Shown: piece after piece, positions 18,584 to 32,300 of the stretch
Layout of the letters: every line of letters begins with the position of its first letter
Position numbering within the stretch: position 1 is the first letter of the stretch
Assembly (NCBI GenBank): GCA_000092065.1
Contig: CP000582.1
Origin: Ostreococcus lucimarinus
Taxonomy: Eukaryota
DNA length: 64,000 nt
Reading direction: 5' to 3' (one strand)
The notes under the pieces: model-generated
Seen by the model: the letters and a program-made list of their open reading frames with translations, nothing else
Databases searched by the model: none
What the model was told of the DNA's origin: nothing
Position numbers and translations under genes: made by a program

Positions 18584-21063
18584 TGGCGCCGATTACCGTG
18601 TACGAGACAAAATACGTCGAGGCGCAGTTGCGAATGATCGCCGTGAACGATGCTTTCATATGTTACGGTATTCGAAACGGGTTGATTCGAGTGTTTTCTA
18701 GAAAGTCTGGCAATGTGCGATCGTTGCTTCGCGGACACTCCGATTCAATCTCGACGCTCAAGTTTTTGGCGAACACCGACGTGTTGCTCTCGGTGGACGT
18801 GCGAGGACGGGTGATGGTTCGCAAGTTGAGTTTACAAGGCGCCGACGATGGGGCCTCGATCGATGTGAGCGACGATAACGATGCGGGATGGACGATCGGT
18901 TCGCAGAATTTGGTAGACTTCGACTTCGCAGTGGACACCCCGGACGGGCACCTGCCGCCGTCGGCGTGCTGGCTCCCGCTAGATTCGCGAAAACCCGGCA
19001 AGTGTGAATTCGCCCTGAGCGCGGGGACGTGCGTGGTGTGCTACGAGTGCTCGCTGATGAAGAAAGGGGATGCAATTGCGGCTGAGATCGATCTCAACGC
19101 CCCGCCAGCCATGGATGGTTTACAGGTGATCGAGTTTGATGCCCCGGTGTCTTGCGTGGACAGCGCCCCCGCGGGTCGCAAGCTCGTCGCCGCGAGCGAG
19201 GGCCGTGCGTACGTTTTGGTGAAGGAGGACGGTGAAACGGAGTTTGAGTGCACGGATACACTTCCATGGACGGTGGAAACCGCCGTCTTCGCCTCGGCTG
19301 AACGCGTAATTCTGGGTAACGATAATAACTCAGAGTTGATCGTCGTCGACGTGACGCAAGAAACTCCTTTCGCGGTGCAGCGCGTCGTCTTTAAGTCAGA
19401 CAGTGACAAACTTTTCAACGTATGCTTGCAGCATAACCCCGAAACAGGAATCGTATTGCTTTCGAACACGCGTATGAACACGGTGTACGCTTTACACTTC
19501 GAGAAGAGCTTTGATTACATTGCGCGCTTTGAGGCGTCGCAACCGATTTTGAGCTTTGACTCCCACGTGAAGTACGATGGCGACGGCAGTGCGACGATGC
19601 AATTGTTTTGCTTACAGACGCAAGCGATTCAAACCTTGTCCATGCCGGCTGAAGCATGCATTCCACCAGACGGAGCTCTCGAGGCGCTCGGCTCGTTGGG
19701 TACGCCCAAGACGAAAGGTTCGCTCGAGCACTCATCTTCAGCCACTCTGCTCACTCCGGATATGTTTGGCGGCGCTGAGCTCGCCGGCGACGAGGAGGAC
19801 GAAGAGGAAGAGCGTGCAGCGGTAGTTCCATCGAAAAAGGCTGCTGCGGCCCAACCAGCGTCGTCCGAAGAAAGCATGGGCGAGTCTGGTGCAGAGGAAG
19901 AAGAGGGAGAAGATGAAGAGTTTGAGTCTGCCAACATGAGTGAGAGCGGCGCTGGTGCGATTCCCGTCGCCGCCGCGTTCGATATGAAGCAGTTGAGAGC
20001 GACTATTCGTAACGAAATGCGCGAACTTCTGAACGAAGTTCGCGATGAGCGTCGTCTGGCTGCAGAAGAGCGCAAGGCAGACATGGAACGCGCTCGTAAG
20101 GCGAACGAAACCGCGGCAGCCAACTTGAAGCGAGACGTCACGAATGCTATCGCGGCTCTGTTGCAACAACATTCCGTGGACAATGCAAAGACTTTGGAAG
20201 CTGGCATCGGACGCGCTCAATCTGTTGCTGCAACAAGCGCGCAAACTGCGATGAAGTCCATCGTCGGTCCATCCATTGACGCCGCTGTTCGAGCGCAGAT
20301 GGAAACCTCCGTCGTGCCAAAAATGGAAATCGCGTGCTCGACGATGTTTACGCAAGTCAAGCACACGTTTGAACGAGGTATGGCTGACTTGAACACCGAG
20401 CTTCTCGCTGCGAGAGAATCTGCGGCAATTTCTCAAGCGACGCCGTTCGTCTCCGGTTTGCGCCAGGCGACGACCGAGGTTCGCCAAGCCGCAACAGCTT
20501 TGATGACCGATATCCCAAATCAAGTCGCGCAAGCCATGGCGAAGGTCACGGCGCGCGCACCTTCGGGCATGGGCGCACCTCCCGGGATGGCCCCAAAGAG
20601 CGTGACGCAAGGTAAGACGCTCGCTCAAATCGAACAGCGCTTGGACCCAACTGTGGAGATCAGCAAGTTGCTACAGGCAAACCAAATCGACCGCGCGTTC
20701 AATCTGGCGCTCAGCATGAGCAAGGTTGAAGTCGTCATGTGGCTCGTCAACCAAGTTGCGAGTGATCGAATCTTTGGCCAAACACCGTGTCCGTTGTCGC
20801 AAGGTGTGCTCTTGTCGCTTGTTCAGCAGCTTTCGAGCGATTTGACGACGCCAGACGCGCCCAAGAAGCTCGATTGGATTCGAGATTCTTGCCTCGCCGT
20901 CGATCCGGCGGATCCCGTGTTGCGGCAACACATGCGGCCGGTGCTCAGCACGGTGCACCAGTCGCTCATGGCTGCGGCCAATTCACCGACGAGTGCGCCA
21001 GAAGTACGCGCGGGGACACGATTGTGTATCCACGTCGTGAATTCCATGTTATCTTCTTTGTAA
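18584..21063 (+). CDS. WD40-repeat protein with an acidic/Ser-rich linker and C-terminal helical domain (architecture reminiscent of EDC4/VARICOSE-type proteins); 5' exon(s) probably missing from this ORF
   Basis: The ORF follows a TAG at 18581-18583 and has no ATG at its start. The motif ...GAGACTGACGATTC... plus tctAG immediately upstream mark a 3' splice site at 18583. A candidate exon 1 is 18398-18457 (MEEYVDVERREDGEDASALE) with donor GTGCGA at 18458 (phase 0). A further upstream acceptor candidate is at 18362. Confidence 0.6.
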
Positions 21064-21214
21064 GCCAAGGATTGTTATTTTCATCTATCGCTTCCACGTG
21101 ACCACGCGAGAGCATCTCGAATTATTCACACGCTCGCGCGTACTTCGCCGTAACGCTCAAAACTTCGACGTCTTCCAACGCGCGTGCGTACAATCCATCT
21201 TAGTTTGCTTGTTC

Positions 21215-23350
21215 ATGTCGTCGTCGTCGTCATCATCGTGGTCTAGAGATCCCTTCCTTGGAATGCTTCCTCGCTCGACGAAACTCATCCCCAAGGTGTC
21301 CATTCCCACGGCGATCGTTGAAGACGTCATTTCGCCATGGCGCGCGCTCGACGATCGATGCAAAACGTCGCCGGAATCACGGGCATCTATTGCGGTCGTA
21401 GACTCTTCGTCGCGTGGCGTCGATGCTGCACATTCCGTCGTCGAGTTCTCCTACCGCGCGCTCCGTCTCGAGGCGAGGACGCTCGCTTCGCAGTTGGAGC
21501 AAAATCACGGTATTCGAAAAGGCGATTCTGTGTGCTGCTTTCTAGATAACACAGCTGCATCTATCATCGCGTCCTATGCTATCGCGGGACTCGGAGCGCG
21601 ACGAGTCGACATCAATACTCGTTTGTCAGCTCGCGAGACGGCTTCACGCTTGAAGGTGGCAAACGTCAGAGTAATAATTGCTGGCGACGCTTACGCGAAT
21701 AAGATCGCTTCGGCGGTCTATTCGTTGATGATCGACTACTCCGATCTCAACGGTACTGACGAGCCGATGTCGATTTTGTACGCCGCAGCGCCCGGGGCGT
21801 CTTCTATGGCGGAACTGGCGCTGCCGAACTACGACACAGAGCAACTCGCAGAATTCATGGACATGATGGTCGAATCGACGCGCCTGTGCTTCGACGTCTA
21901 TTCTGCACATCGAGGTGGTGTCGACGTCGTATCAGGGGGTGGTACCGACACATACGATGCTTTCTTATCCGAGTCTGACGAGCCGTGTCTGGGTCTACTC
22001 TCTCAGCTTGAGCGAGGCGACGCGCTGTGCTGGACGCCGCGTCTGGCGGAAGAAGCGCTGCTTGATTGCGATTTTCAGGTCATGTTTACGAGTGGAACGA
22101 CGGGTGCACCAAAAGTCGTCACGCACACTCAAAGGCAAGTGATGTTACACGCGAAATCAGTCGCTCAGTGCTGTGCGTTTGCAAGCCACGACGTGTGGCT
22201 CCACGTGGCTCCGCTCTTTCACGCGATGGACGCCTTTGCGATGTACGCTTGCGTACTCGTCGGCGCCAAGCAAGTATGTACAGCCAGCGAAATCTTCGAT
22301 GTTAAAACGACGCTGCAAACGATGAAAGATGCAGGTGTTACGTTGACCGCGCTCACTTCAACGCATTTGCGAATGCTCGTTTCCGATCCAGCCTTTGCTG
22401 TCTCCGCAAAGCACTTGCGGATGTTATCTGTCGGCGGTTCGGCGGTTCCAGTAGACTTGGTGGCGTCATTAAAGTATCAGTGTCCCCAGTGCACGTACTT
22501 TACCGACTACGGAGCCACTGAGGCTTGTGGTAAGATTTGTACGACGCTCGGCGCGCCCTCGTCGTCCATTGAATCGCTCGCGCGGGCTGGCCACGCTATG
22601 CCCCTTTTCGACGTCTGCGTGGTCAAAGACTCGACAAGTATGGAATCGGTCGAATGGAACGACGTGACGAGAGGAGAAGTGCTTGTTCGAGGACCTACAG
22701 TGATAGGAACTTTTGATGGAAAATGGCACACCGTCGGCGACGTCGCCACGGTTGACGCGAGCGGCTCGGTCAAAATCGTAGATCGCTTGTCTGATATCAT
22801 CATCGTCGGGGGAGAAAACGTGTACTCGAGTGAAGTTGAAGCTGTGCTACTTGAACGTCCTGAAATCGAGGAATGTGCTGTGTTCGGTATGCCTGATAAA
22901 GTTTTGGGAGAAGTCGTGTGCGCTGCGATAGTGCTCAATTCGCGGCAGGCTTCACTGAATTCTAGTGAAGTCACAAAGCACTGCTCGTCGCGATTGGCCG
23001 ATTTTAAGCGTCCACAGCGATTGACGATTGTTGAGTCTTTACCGAAATCGCCCACTGGGAAAGTGCTGAAGCTGAAATTGCAGGCACAGCTTGCGACTCG
23101 CAGCCATGAGGACGGGACCCGTCCTCATGCGGAACTCAGCGATGTTGTTCGCCAAGAGTTTATTCATGCGATGGATTGGAACGATGACCGTGAGATTGAT
23201 ACGAAACAGACATTTTCGTCACTTGGCGTGCGATCAACGCAAGCCGTGTCTTTTGCGAATTTATTGTCTGATAGACTTGGACTTGATTTACCGTCGACGC
23301 TGATGTTTGATCATCCCAATCTCAATAGTGTCATCAACTTTGTCGCCGGA
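21215..23350 (+). other. PKS loading region: AMP-binding (acyl-activating) domain plus carrier protein
   Basis: The adenylation core motifs span about 22080-23070. The carrier Ser motif FSSLGVRSTQAVSFANLL is at about 23210-23260. Confidence 0.75.
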
Positions 23351-26300
23351 CGTACGATGATTCGGAGGAGCGCCTCGAGCATCACTCAGAAGCACGCGCC
23401 GCTATCGTTTTCAAGCGTCTTCGTCACCGAAATCAGCGATGAATTTCCACACGGGGAGATCGACGCTCAGACTGTCATACCGCTTCGCCGCTTTGACGTC
23501 GAGCACCACTTTTCTTGCGGCGATGATTTCGCAACAGCGCCTCTTGGTAGCATCGACGTTCGATTTGCGGCGCTGCTTGCAAACTTTGACGAAGAAGACT
23601 TGCTTGCTTGTGAATTGTCGCCCGTCGAAGCCTCGTACGTGGATCCGCAGCATCGCATTTTGCTCCGTCAAACGCTGCCTGTGCTTCATTTTTCAAATCA
23701 GAGTGCCGACGTCGTCACTGGCGTATTCGTCGGTTGTATGTGGGCTGACGATTACTCGAACGTTTTGTCGTCGTTTCAGTGTGTTTTCGTCTCGCCCAAC
23801 GCCACTCTTGGAATTGGATCCGGATTGGCTTTCCTCAGTGGTCGCATTTCGTTCTCCGCGAATTTGTCTGGGCCGGCGATCGGTTGTGACACGGCGTGCT
23901 CATCTTCTCTTGTTGCGTGCTCTCTTGGTCTGAGCTCGATGATGAAATTTGAATGCGACTCATCGCTGTGCGCGGGCACGAATCTTCTGCTTTTCGTAAA
24001 CACGCATTCAAAAATATGCCGATTAAACGCACTTGCCATGGATGGTCGCTGCAAGACACTGGACTACGCTGCGGATGGTTACGGACGAAGTGAGGGCGTC
24101 GGTAGTTGTCTACTATCGGTTGAAAATGGAAATCCGTGCCATGGGACGTTGGTTTACGTCGGAGTGAACCAAGACGCTCGTAGTGCTGCGCTCGTCGCGC
24201 CCCGCGGCGCCGCTCAATCAGCAGTCATAGCAGAGACGTGCTCGAGGTGCGTTGGGCAACTTACCGTTTACGAACTGCACGGTACTGGTACACAACTCGG
24301 AGATCCAATCGAAATCAGTGCTCTTCGCGAGGCGCTCGAGTGTACGGAGATAGATCTCGTGGCCATTTCCATCACGAGCGTGAAAGCTTCGTTTGGACAT
24401 AGCGAAGGCTCGGCTGGGATCGCTGGGCTTCTCTCCGCCATCATCTCCGACAAAAATCGTCAACGAATGCCGATTCATCATCTGATACATCTTAATCCTC
24501 ACGTAGCAGAGATATCGAATGGGTTGTCGACGCCATTTTCCTTTGGTCGAGTTTTGAGCGCCGGCGTGCGGATAAATCAGAGGAACGGTCGCGGTGAGCA
24601 CTCTGGCGTGAGCGCGTTCGGGATGTCAGGCACGAACGCGAGCGCACTACTTCGGTCAGCTGTACGTAGTGAACAGATAAAGCGCACGAATCGAAGAATT
24701 CTTCTCGATCTCGCGACTTGGTGCTCCATTGATCCGCCCACATTCCCGGCGCTGTTCAGCTTTTGCGTCGCTAGCGACAATGTACTCTTCCAAATCCGTA
24801 TCGATGCTCGCATTTACTCAGGAGCATTCGATATGAGCATTCAACACATGAAGTTCTTCCCTAGTGGACATTGCGTTGAAACCGCGCGTCAGTGCGCGTC
24901 AACGCTAGGGCAAAGATCAGCCGTTGTCAACAGCTTCACGATTCATTCGCCGTTGCGCTTGGCTGAAAATCGCGGCACAGACGTCGTCGTAACCGTTGAC
25001 AAAAGGTCTGGCTTCGTAACGACGGGATCAGCGGACGCATTGGTGAAGTATGCAACGTGTCGGTTTACAATACCCGTGCATTCAATTCCTCCCAAAGGCG
25101 CGCGATGGAACGCTGTCAGAGCAACACCGCCAACCACGATCACCGCTTCGATTCAGCGCACGCAAAAGGTGCGCACCGATTGCATCGACCCGATCTATCT
25201 GGAATCTTTGTTTCAGATAAATTCAGCTTTGCGGCTCGGTGCGACACTGCTAGGATCTCTCAACGCGTATTGCACGCTGACGCGATTTCCTCCGCACGGG
25301 CATCTCAGCGTTACCATGGCTGGTGAATGCGGTAACCTTGCGAGTGCGACGCGTATGACGGGACTCACGCTACATAGAGTGCGAGCAAATGCATTTACAA
25401 GCGCGCGACGAATATCTGACATGCTCTATCACGTATCTTGGTGCGCGGCTGGTGTCGCGACAGCGAGCGGTCGAACTCATCAATCTTTGCGATTAATCAA
25501 CCTCACGGCAAAAGCTTGCGATGCCGTCTGCGCCGGGTTGTCGGCGATTCAGTCTTTCGATGACGCGTCTATCTCAGCTGTTTCGGCAGAAGTTATGCCA
25601 CTCGCGTGTCGCGGCGACGCGTTGCTGGCGCTTGTGCGCACCGCCGCACAAGAGCTTCCTACGATTCGATTCGCTGGCATTCGTTGTGCCGAGAACGCTT
25701 CTTCCTATGACGCACGCGCAAAGTCGTACGCCCCAGGTGCAGCATGTGATATTAAAATCGACGCCCAAGTGGTGTACGAGCAACGCCTTTCTCGCGTCAA
25801 CATGGAATCGTCAACAAGTGAGAACCAAACGTCGTACGCCGTACTCATCACCGGAGGTCTCGGTGGCGTTGGTTTTCACATGGCTAAATGGCTACTTTCT
25901 CACGAGAGTTCTTCATTCACCAACTTACTGAGCCGGATCGGCCGTCAAAATGTGTCATTCGGCGATATCGATGGCAAGAGCGCGCTCATTATTCGTAGAT
26001 GTGATCTCTCTGATCACGAAGACGTTGTCGAAGTTCTCAAGTCGACGAAGATGCGGGCTCCTTTACGAAAGATTTTACACGCGAGTGGGATAATTCTCGA
26101 TAACACACTCGCGAAACAAAATCACGACGGCGTAAAACAAGTTTTTGCTGCAAAAGTAAGCGCGTTTGAAAACATCGAAATGTGTGTCGGGTGTCTGGAG
26201 GCGGTTCACACGAGCGTCGTTTGTAGTTCGATCGCTTCAACTTTTGGCTCACCTGGTCAAAGTAATTATTCTGCCGCAAACGCCGTCCTCGACTTTTACG

Positions 26301-29300
26301 CGATTTCCAGTCAGTATCACGGGCGACCACTTTCTAGCGTACAATGGGGTGCTTGGTGCTCCGTGGGCATGGCTTCGCGAGGAGGTTCATACATCGCTCG
26401 GGCTGAGCGCGTCGGTTTCGGCACAATCACGCCAGACGAGGGTGTTGACGTCCTACGTCGAATTTTCACTGGATGGACGACTTCGATCGTCGCAAGCCCA
26501 TTTGACTGGAACAAAATGGTAAAGAACGCTCCGATGTTCACGATGCTCGAATCTTTTTTGGGAACAAGTGGGCACAAAATCGCCCAGCCAAAAGTCATCG
26601 AAGACAAAGAGCGCATCCGCTTCCGAGTCCGAAGTATTGTCGAGAGCATTTTGGGCGGCAGCCCAGATGCAGACGCTCCACTTGCATCATCCGGTTTAGA
26701 TTCACTCTCTGCGAACGAGCTGAAGATGGAAATTGACGCGGAATTTGGCGTACAAACTCCGGCAACTTTGGTGTACGATTATCCATCAATCAATACGCTC
26801 AGCGCGTGCGTTGTTTCAGTGCTTCAGCCATCGATAAAGCTCGTGGAAGAATATCACTCGCCACAAATGAATATGACTGCGCAGACCGACATATGTGGTG
26901 TGATTTTGGGCGGTGATATTCGCACCGCTGCAACCATGCGCTTCCCTGTAGATGCGATTTCAATCGCGCCATATGGGCGTTGGGACAACAACTTTTGGAT
27001 GGATGCCAGAAACATGACGTTTCCTTTTTCTAGCGCATTCATGGTGCACTTCACAGAGTTTGACAATGATCTATTTGGCATTCCAGGCGTCGAAACACTT
27101 CTCTTGGATCCTCAGCAAAGAACGTTACTAGAAGGTGCCTTCGCGGTCGTCGACATCTCATCCCAGCAAGACGATACAACCGTATGGGTTGGCATCACCG
27201 TGTCGCAGTATAAGACCGACGTAATCAATGTGTACTGGGCACCTGCATTTCATTCATCCATGGGCACCGGAAGCTTACCAAGTGTGGCTGCGGGAAGATT
27301 GAGCTACGTGTTTTCGATGTCTGGAGCATCGATGAGCGTCGATACCGCGTGTAGCTCATCGCTGGTCGCGTGTTCTCTTGCGTTTGACTCGCTGCGTAAG
27401 CAGTGTTTGGGATCATCTGCTTTGGTGTGCGGTACGGTGGCTATGATGTCTGTTTCGGGCACAATTGATCGCCATTACGCAAACATGCTCTCCGTGGAGT
27501 GTCGTTGCAAGACTTTGGATGCAAGCGCGGACGGTTTCATTGAAGGTGAGGCGACTGGAATTATGAGTATGACGAGTGCCCTGAGAGCTTCTGGTGAAGG
27601 CGTTTCAATCAGTGGCACTGCGGTAAATCAAGATGGGCATAGCGCGTCTTTGACCGCTCCAAACGGTCCAGCGCAGACGCGCGTCATACGAGAAGCGCTT
27701 TGTTCGGCAAACATGCAAGGCGAAGAAATGGAAAGTATTTCACTGCACGGCACGGGAACGCCTCTCGGTGATCCAATCGAGCTTGGTGCCGCACTCGGCG
27801 CTCTTCAAGATTGCAAAAAACTGATGTTAGACGCGGTCAAGTCGCACGTTGGTCACTGCGAAACCGCGGCTGGCATCGTTGCTTTGTTGCGGGCACACGC
27901 GACGGTTTCCGATTCCATCGCTCACCCGGTACTGCATCTGCGTTCGCTCAATCAGCACTGTTCGTCGATAATTCAGACATCTGATACGAACGCGCCAATC
28001 GTTATACCGCGTCAAAAGGTGGATGCGAATTTCAAGACGATGGGGATTTCAGCCTTTGCGTTCCAGGGTACGAATGCGCACGCAATTCAGCGTTTGAACA
28101 GCGGCACAGTGCGAGCGGCGGTATCGAGGTTTGCGTTTCATCGACGTGAATTTTGGCCCTTGCCCACTCTACATCCACATATCTTATCGTGTACCGCTTC
28201 GACGAGTGATTTCGCGCGGTTTTGTGGTCGAGTAGAGCCTCGCGGACACGCGCATTTGCTCGATCACGTTGTGGCTGAACGCCCGCTGTATCCGGGTGCT
28301 GGTTTTCAAGAACTTTGCGCGGCTTCTGCGCGTCTGATGTTCGCAATCAACGTCGTAGCCGTAGAATCAGTTGTTCCAGCACCGCTCGTCATGCGCACGC
28401 GGGAGTTGACGTTATTCACGGTGTCGACTGAGCTTCGCAAGGGAGAAATACGTATTCAGACAAAGTCTGGCGCTGTGACGCACACAAAGTGTTTCGCTAG
28501 ACGAGCGTGCGCTCAACCCCCGCAACAGGCATCGCTTAAGCTTCTTATGAAAAGTGTCATGCCAAGATCGTGTGCTTCCGTTCACGTACCAGACTGGCAT
28601 TTGGGTTACGTGGTCCATCCTGCCTCGTTAGACGCAAGTTTGCAGTTGGCCGCCGTCGTAGATCTGACAAACACGGAAGTCAAGGTCCCGGTGGGCGCCA
28701 AGGCGTATGTTTCGGTGAAATCTTCATCGAATGCGCCAACACACTTCGCGTCGTTGCTCAAGTCGAATCATTCACTCGAAAGATCTCGCATCGTTGGCCT
28801 ACAAGTGAAGACGATGAGGCGAACTGCTTCGCGGGCGGCGGCGCACATGCCGGCTTCAAAAGACACCTACACGCTGCGATGGTTTGTCGTGCGATCTACA
28901 GGAAGATCAAGCAAATGCGTTCACTTGACACTACGTAAATGGATTGTCACAAAGTCCGTCACGTGTGCGACGATCGGGTTAGCGCAAAACTTGGCATCTT
29001 CGAGAGCGGCCGCGCTGAACGCGGACCGCGCTCGAGCGATGGAAGCCGTTCGAGCGATCGTTCGCACGGTGGCTCAAGAAGTTCAGGGAGTGCAATTCGA
29101 AAGCACGCGGCATCGTGCGGAAGATTCACACTATGTCGAACGTTCATCGACCGCAGCGTTCGTTCAGGGTGCGCCGCACGAAGTCTCCGTAGATGCGCTC
29201 GCTCTCAGCGAACCCAGGCTTCGTCGTGCGGTGGTTGTAGATAAATGGTCGAGGAAACATCATTTGAATCAACGGATTTTCGCGCGTGGGGATACAAGCG

Positions 29301-32300
29301 AGAAGTACATCTTCATTACAGGCGGACTTGGGGCCATTGGAATGGAAGTAGCTCGAGAATTTGAGCGTCGTAGTTGGCGCGTTGTCCTATTGTCACGAAA
29401 CGGCCGCGCTCAAGCCTTCGGAGAAAGGCGAGGATCGCTAGTGAACGCCATCAAGTGCGATACATCTTGTTCGGACAGCCCATCGATTAGATCATGCAGC
29501 TTATTTTGTGTCGATAACACGGAGCGCTACGTGCTGCACGCTGCTGGCGTCTTATGCGACGCCCTTCTGAATCAAACGACCGCTCGGTCCGTCTTCGCGA
29601 CGATGGGCGCCAAATTGCTGTCTTCCAATCTTGCTTATGCCAAAGTCACGCGTGCGGTTGTGCTTTGCTCGTCCATCGCGGCGTTGACGGGCAATCCTGG
29701 CCAAACGAATTATGCAGCCGCTAATGCTTTACTCGACGCGGACGCCAGAGAGCAACGTTCTTTTGGAGATTCGTATTTCTCTGTGCAATGGGGCGGATGG
29801 GCAAACGTCGGCATGGCAGCAAGCAATCCGGCGGTTGTTCAGCGGTTGGTACGCATCGGTGCGGGTGCCGTAGATCCCAAGTTTGGGGTTGACATCATCG
29901 TTAAAGTCTTTCATGGGTTGATTCCGCACGAGTCCATAGCCGTGAGTCCGTTCAACTGGCGACAAATTTCAAAGTCTCTCCCGGCTTTCGGAATATTCAA
30001 GGATGTCGTCGAATGCGCTCATTCAACTACGACGACGGAAGTTAAGCCCCCTCGTGTCGGAACGAGCGCACTCGCGATGCAAACAATGAGCAAACGAGAT
30101 GTCGAGATAAAAATTTCTTCCTTAGTGCGCGCGCTAGTCGGTCGTGAGGTGGCGGTAAACGCCCCATTGATGGAAGCCGGGCTGGATTCGCAAGCAGCCG
30201 GAGAACTCAAGAATGAACTTGACGTCGCGTTCGGCGTCGAAGTCCCGGCTGTGGCCGTTTACGACTATCCTACAATAGCGGCACTGAGCTCATACATCGC
30301 GAGCGGCACGCAAATCGTGGAAAACTTTGAAAGTAGTCCCACAGTAGCAGAGCACTTTTTGAATGACGTCGTCGCTCACATCTCTGGCGCTGAATTATTA
30401 GTACCGACGCACTCGGGCGACGGCATTACACGCGTGCCGATGCATCGTTGGGACAACTCATGGTGGTGGGACAGAGAACAGATTTTCATACCTTCTTTCA
30501 GTGGTTTCTTGATCGGTTACGAGCTTTTTGATACGACGCTTTTCGGCATCGCGAGCACCGAGGCTTTGTTGATGGACGTGCAGCAGCGCTCCATTCTCGA
30601 AGGCGTCGCCAGCACGAGACTTGCGAGCCATGAAATCAAAGATGATGCGTTAGAAGGTGACTCGTGCGGAGTATATGTCGCGATATCATCCATGCAGTAC
30701 CAGGTCGAAGTGTTGGACAAGTTTTGGAGCAACCAGTTCTCTCCGTACATTGCAACAGGAAATACGCTTTCCGTCGCTGCTGGTCGTGTGTCTTTCATAT
30801 ATGGCTTGCGAGGTCCCTCCTTCTCTATAGACACCGCGTGTTCAACGAGTATTGTAGCGACGCACTTGTGCGTCGAAGGACTTCGATCGTTCGACTGCAC
30901 GTCAGGGATTGTGGCCGGCGTCATAAGCATCCTGGGACCAGGCGTGACTACAATTTTCTTCTCATCGGGTATGCTCTCACAATCGGGGCGGTGTAAGACC
31001 TTGGACGCCAGCGCAGACGGTTACGTGCGAGGCGAAGCTCGCGGTGTGTTCTTGGTTCACGGTATGGAGTCGCACGCAATATCATCTGGTGTCGCGATTG
31101 TCGGCTCAAGCATCAATCAAGACGGGCGGTCGAGCGGGCTTACGGCACCGAATGGGCCATCTCAACAGGCAGTCATGAAGCAAGCACTCCGAGCGTCGCG
31201 AGCAAATGGCGCCGAGATCGACAAGTTACAAATGCACGGCACAGGTACGCCACTAGGGGACCCCATTGAGGTTGGAGCCACCGCAGCGGTGCTGCAGAGA
31301 CAAAGTGGCGAACCCCTTACGCTCGAGGCTATCAAATCGCACGTGGGACACACGGAAACGGCGAGCGGAATGGTCGCATTAATGCAGCCCTTGCTTTCAC
31401 TCGTCGACTCTGACGTTGAGAAAATTCTGCACTTACGATGGGTAAATCCGCACATAGCATCTATCGTCGGCAAAGGTGCGTTCGTCTCTTCGCCGCGACA
31501 GAACTTTCCGAGAAACGCAAAGCTCGCGGGTGTGAGCTCGTTTGCCTTTCAAGGTACTAACGCGAACTCGATTCAACGCGTCACGATGGGAGACAAACTT
31601 CGACATCCAATCGTCTCACCGGCGTTCGTCAGAGAAACGTTTTATCCACTTCCAAAGTTACATCCGCAGATTCATGCGTTTTCAAAGACTTTCAAACGTG
31701 GCGACACGTTGAGGTTTTGCGCAAAAGTGAACGTGCGCACCCATGCACACTTACTCCACCACCGTGTGTTCGACAGAGCACTTTATCCAGGCGCTGGATT
31801 TCAAGAACTCGCGGGCGGCGCGGCGCGCACCTTCGACGCAAAGAGCGCTACAATACTGAATTCAGCCGTACCGGCGCCGTTGCAAATGTCTCTTCTGAAG
31901 GACACCGTGTTCGACGTTCGCATTCTCGCGCCAAGCGGTCGCCTGGATGTCCACAGTGCGAACATCATTTTCATGAAGTGCTACGTGCGTTTGCACGACA
32001 ACTGCAGATGTGAAAGCGTTACTACTTCGTCTAAGTCGTTCACAAAGCGTGCCAAGACGACAAAGATATCGCTCGCCAAGATCCATTCGCTCACAACGGA
32101 GCGCCACGTCGAATACTTCGTGCACCCGACGTGCTTGGATAGTACGCTACAACTCGGTGCAGTGATGAACGCGGGGTCCTCCGAGACAAAAGTTCCCGTG
32201 GGTGTGCACGCGTACGCTGCGCAGCAAATTTCTGTCAAACGGCGCAGTTTACACGCAAGCGCGAGCAATTCGAGTGGAAATTATGTACTCGAGCGCGCAA

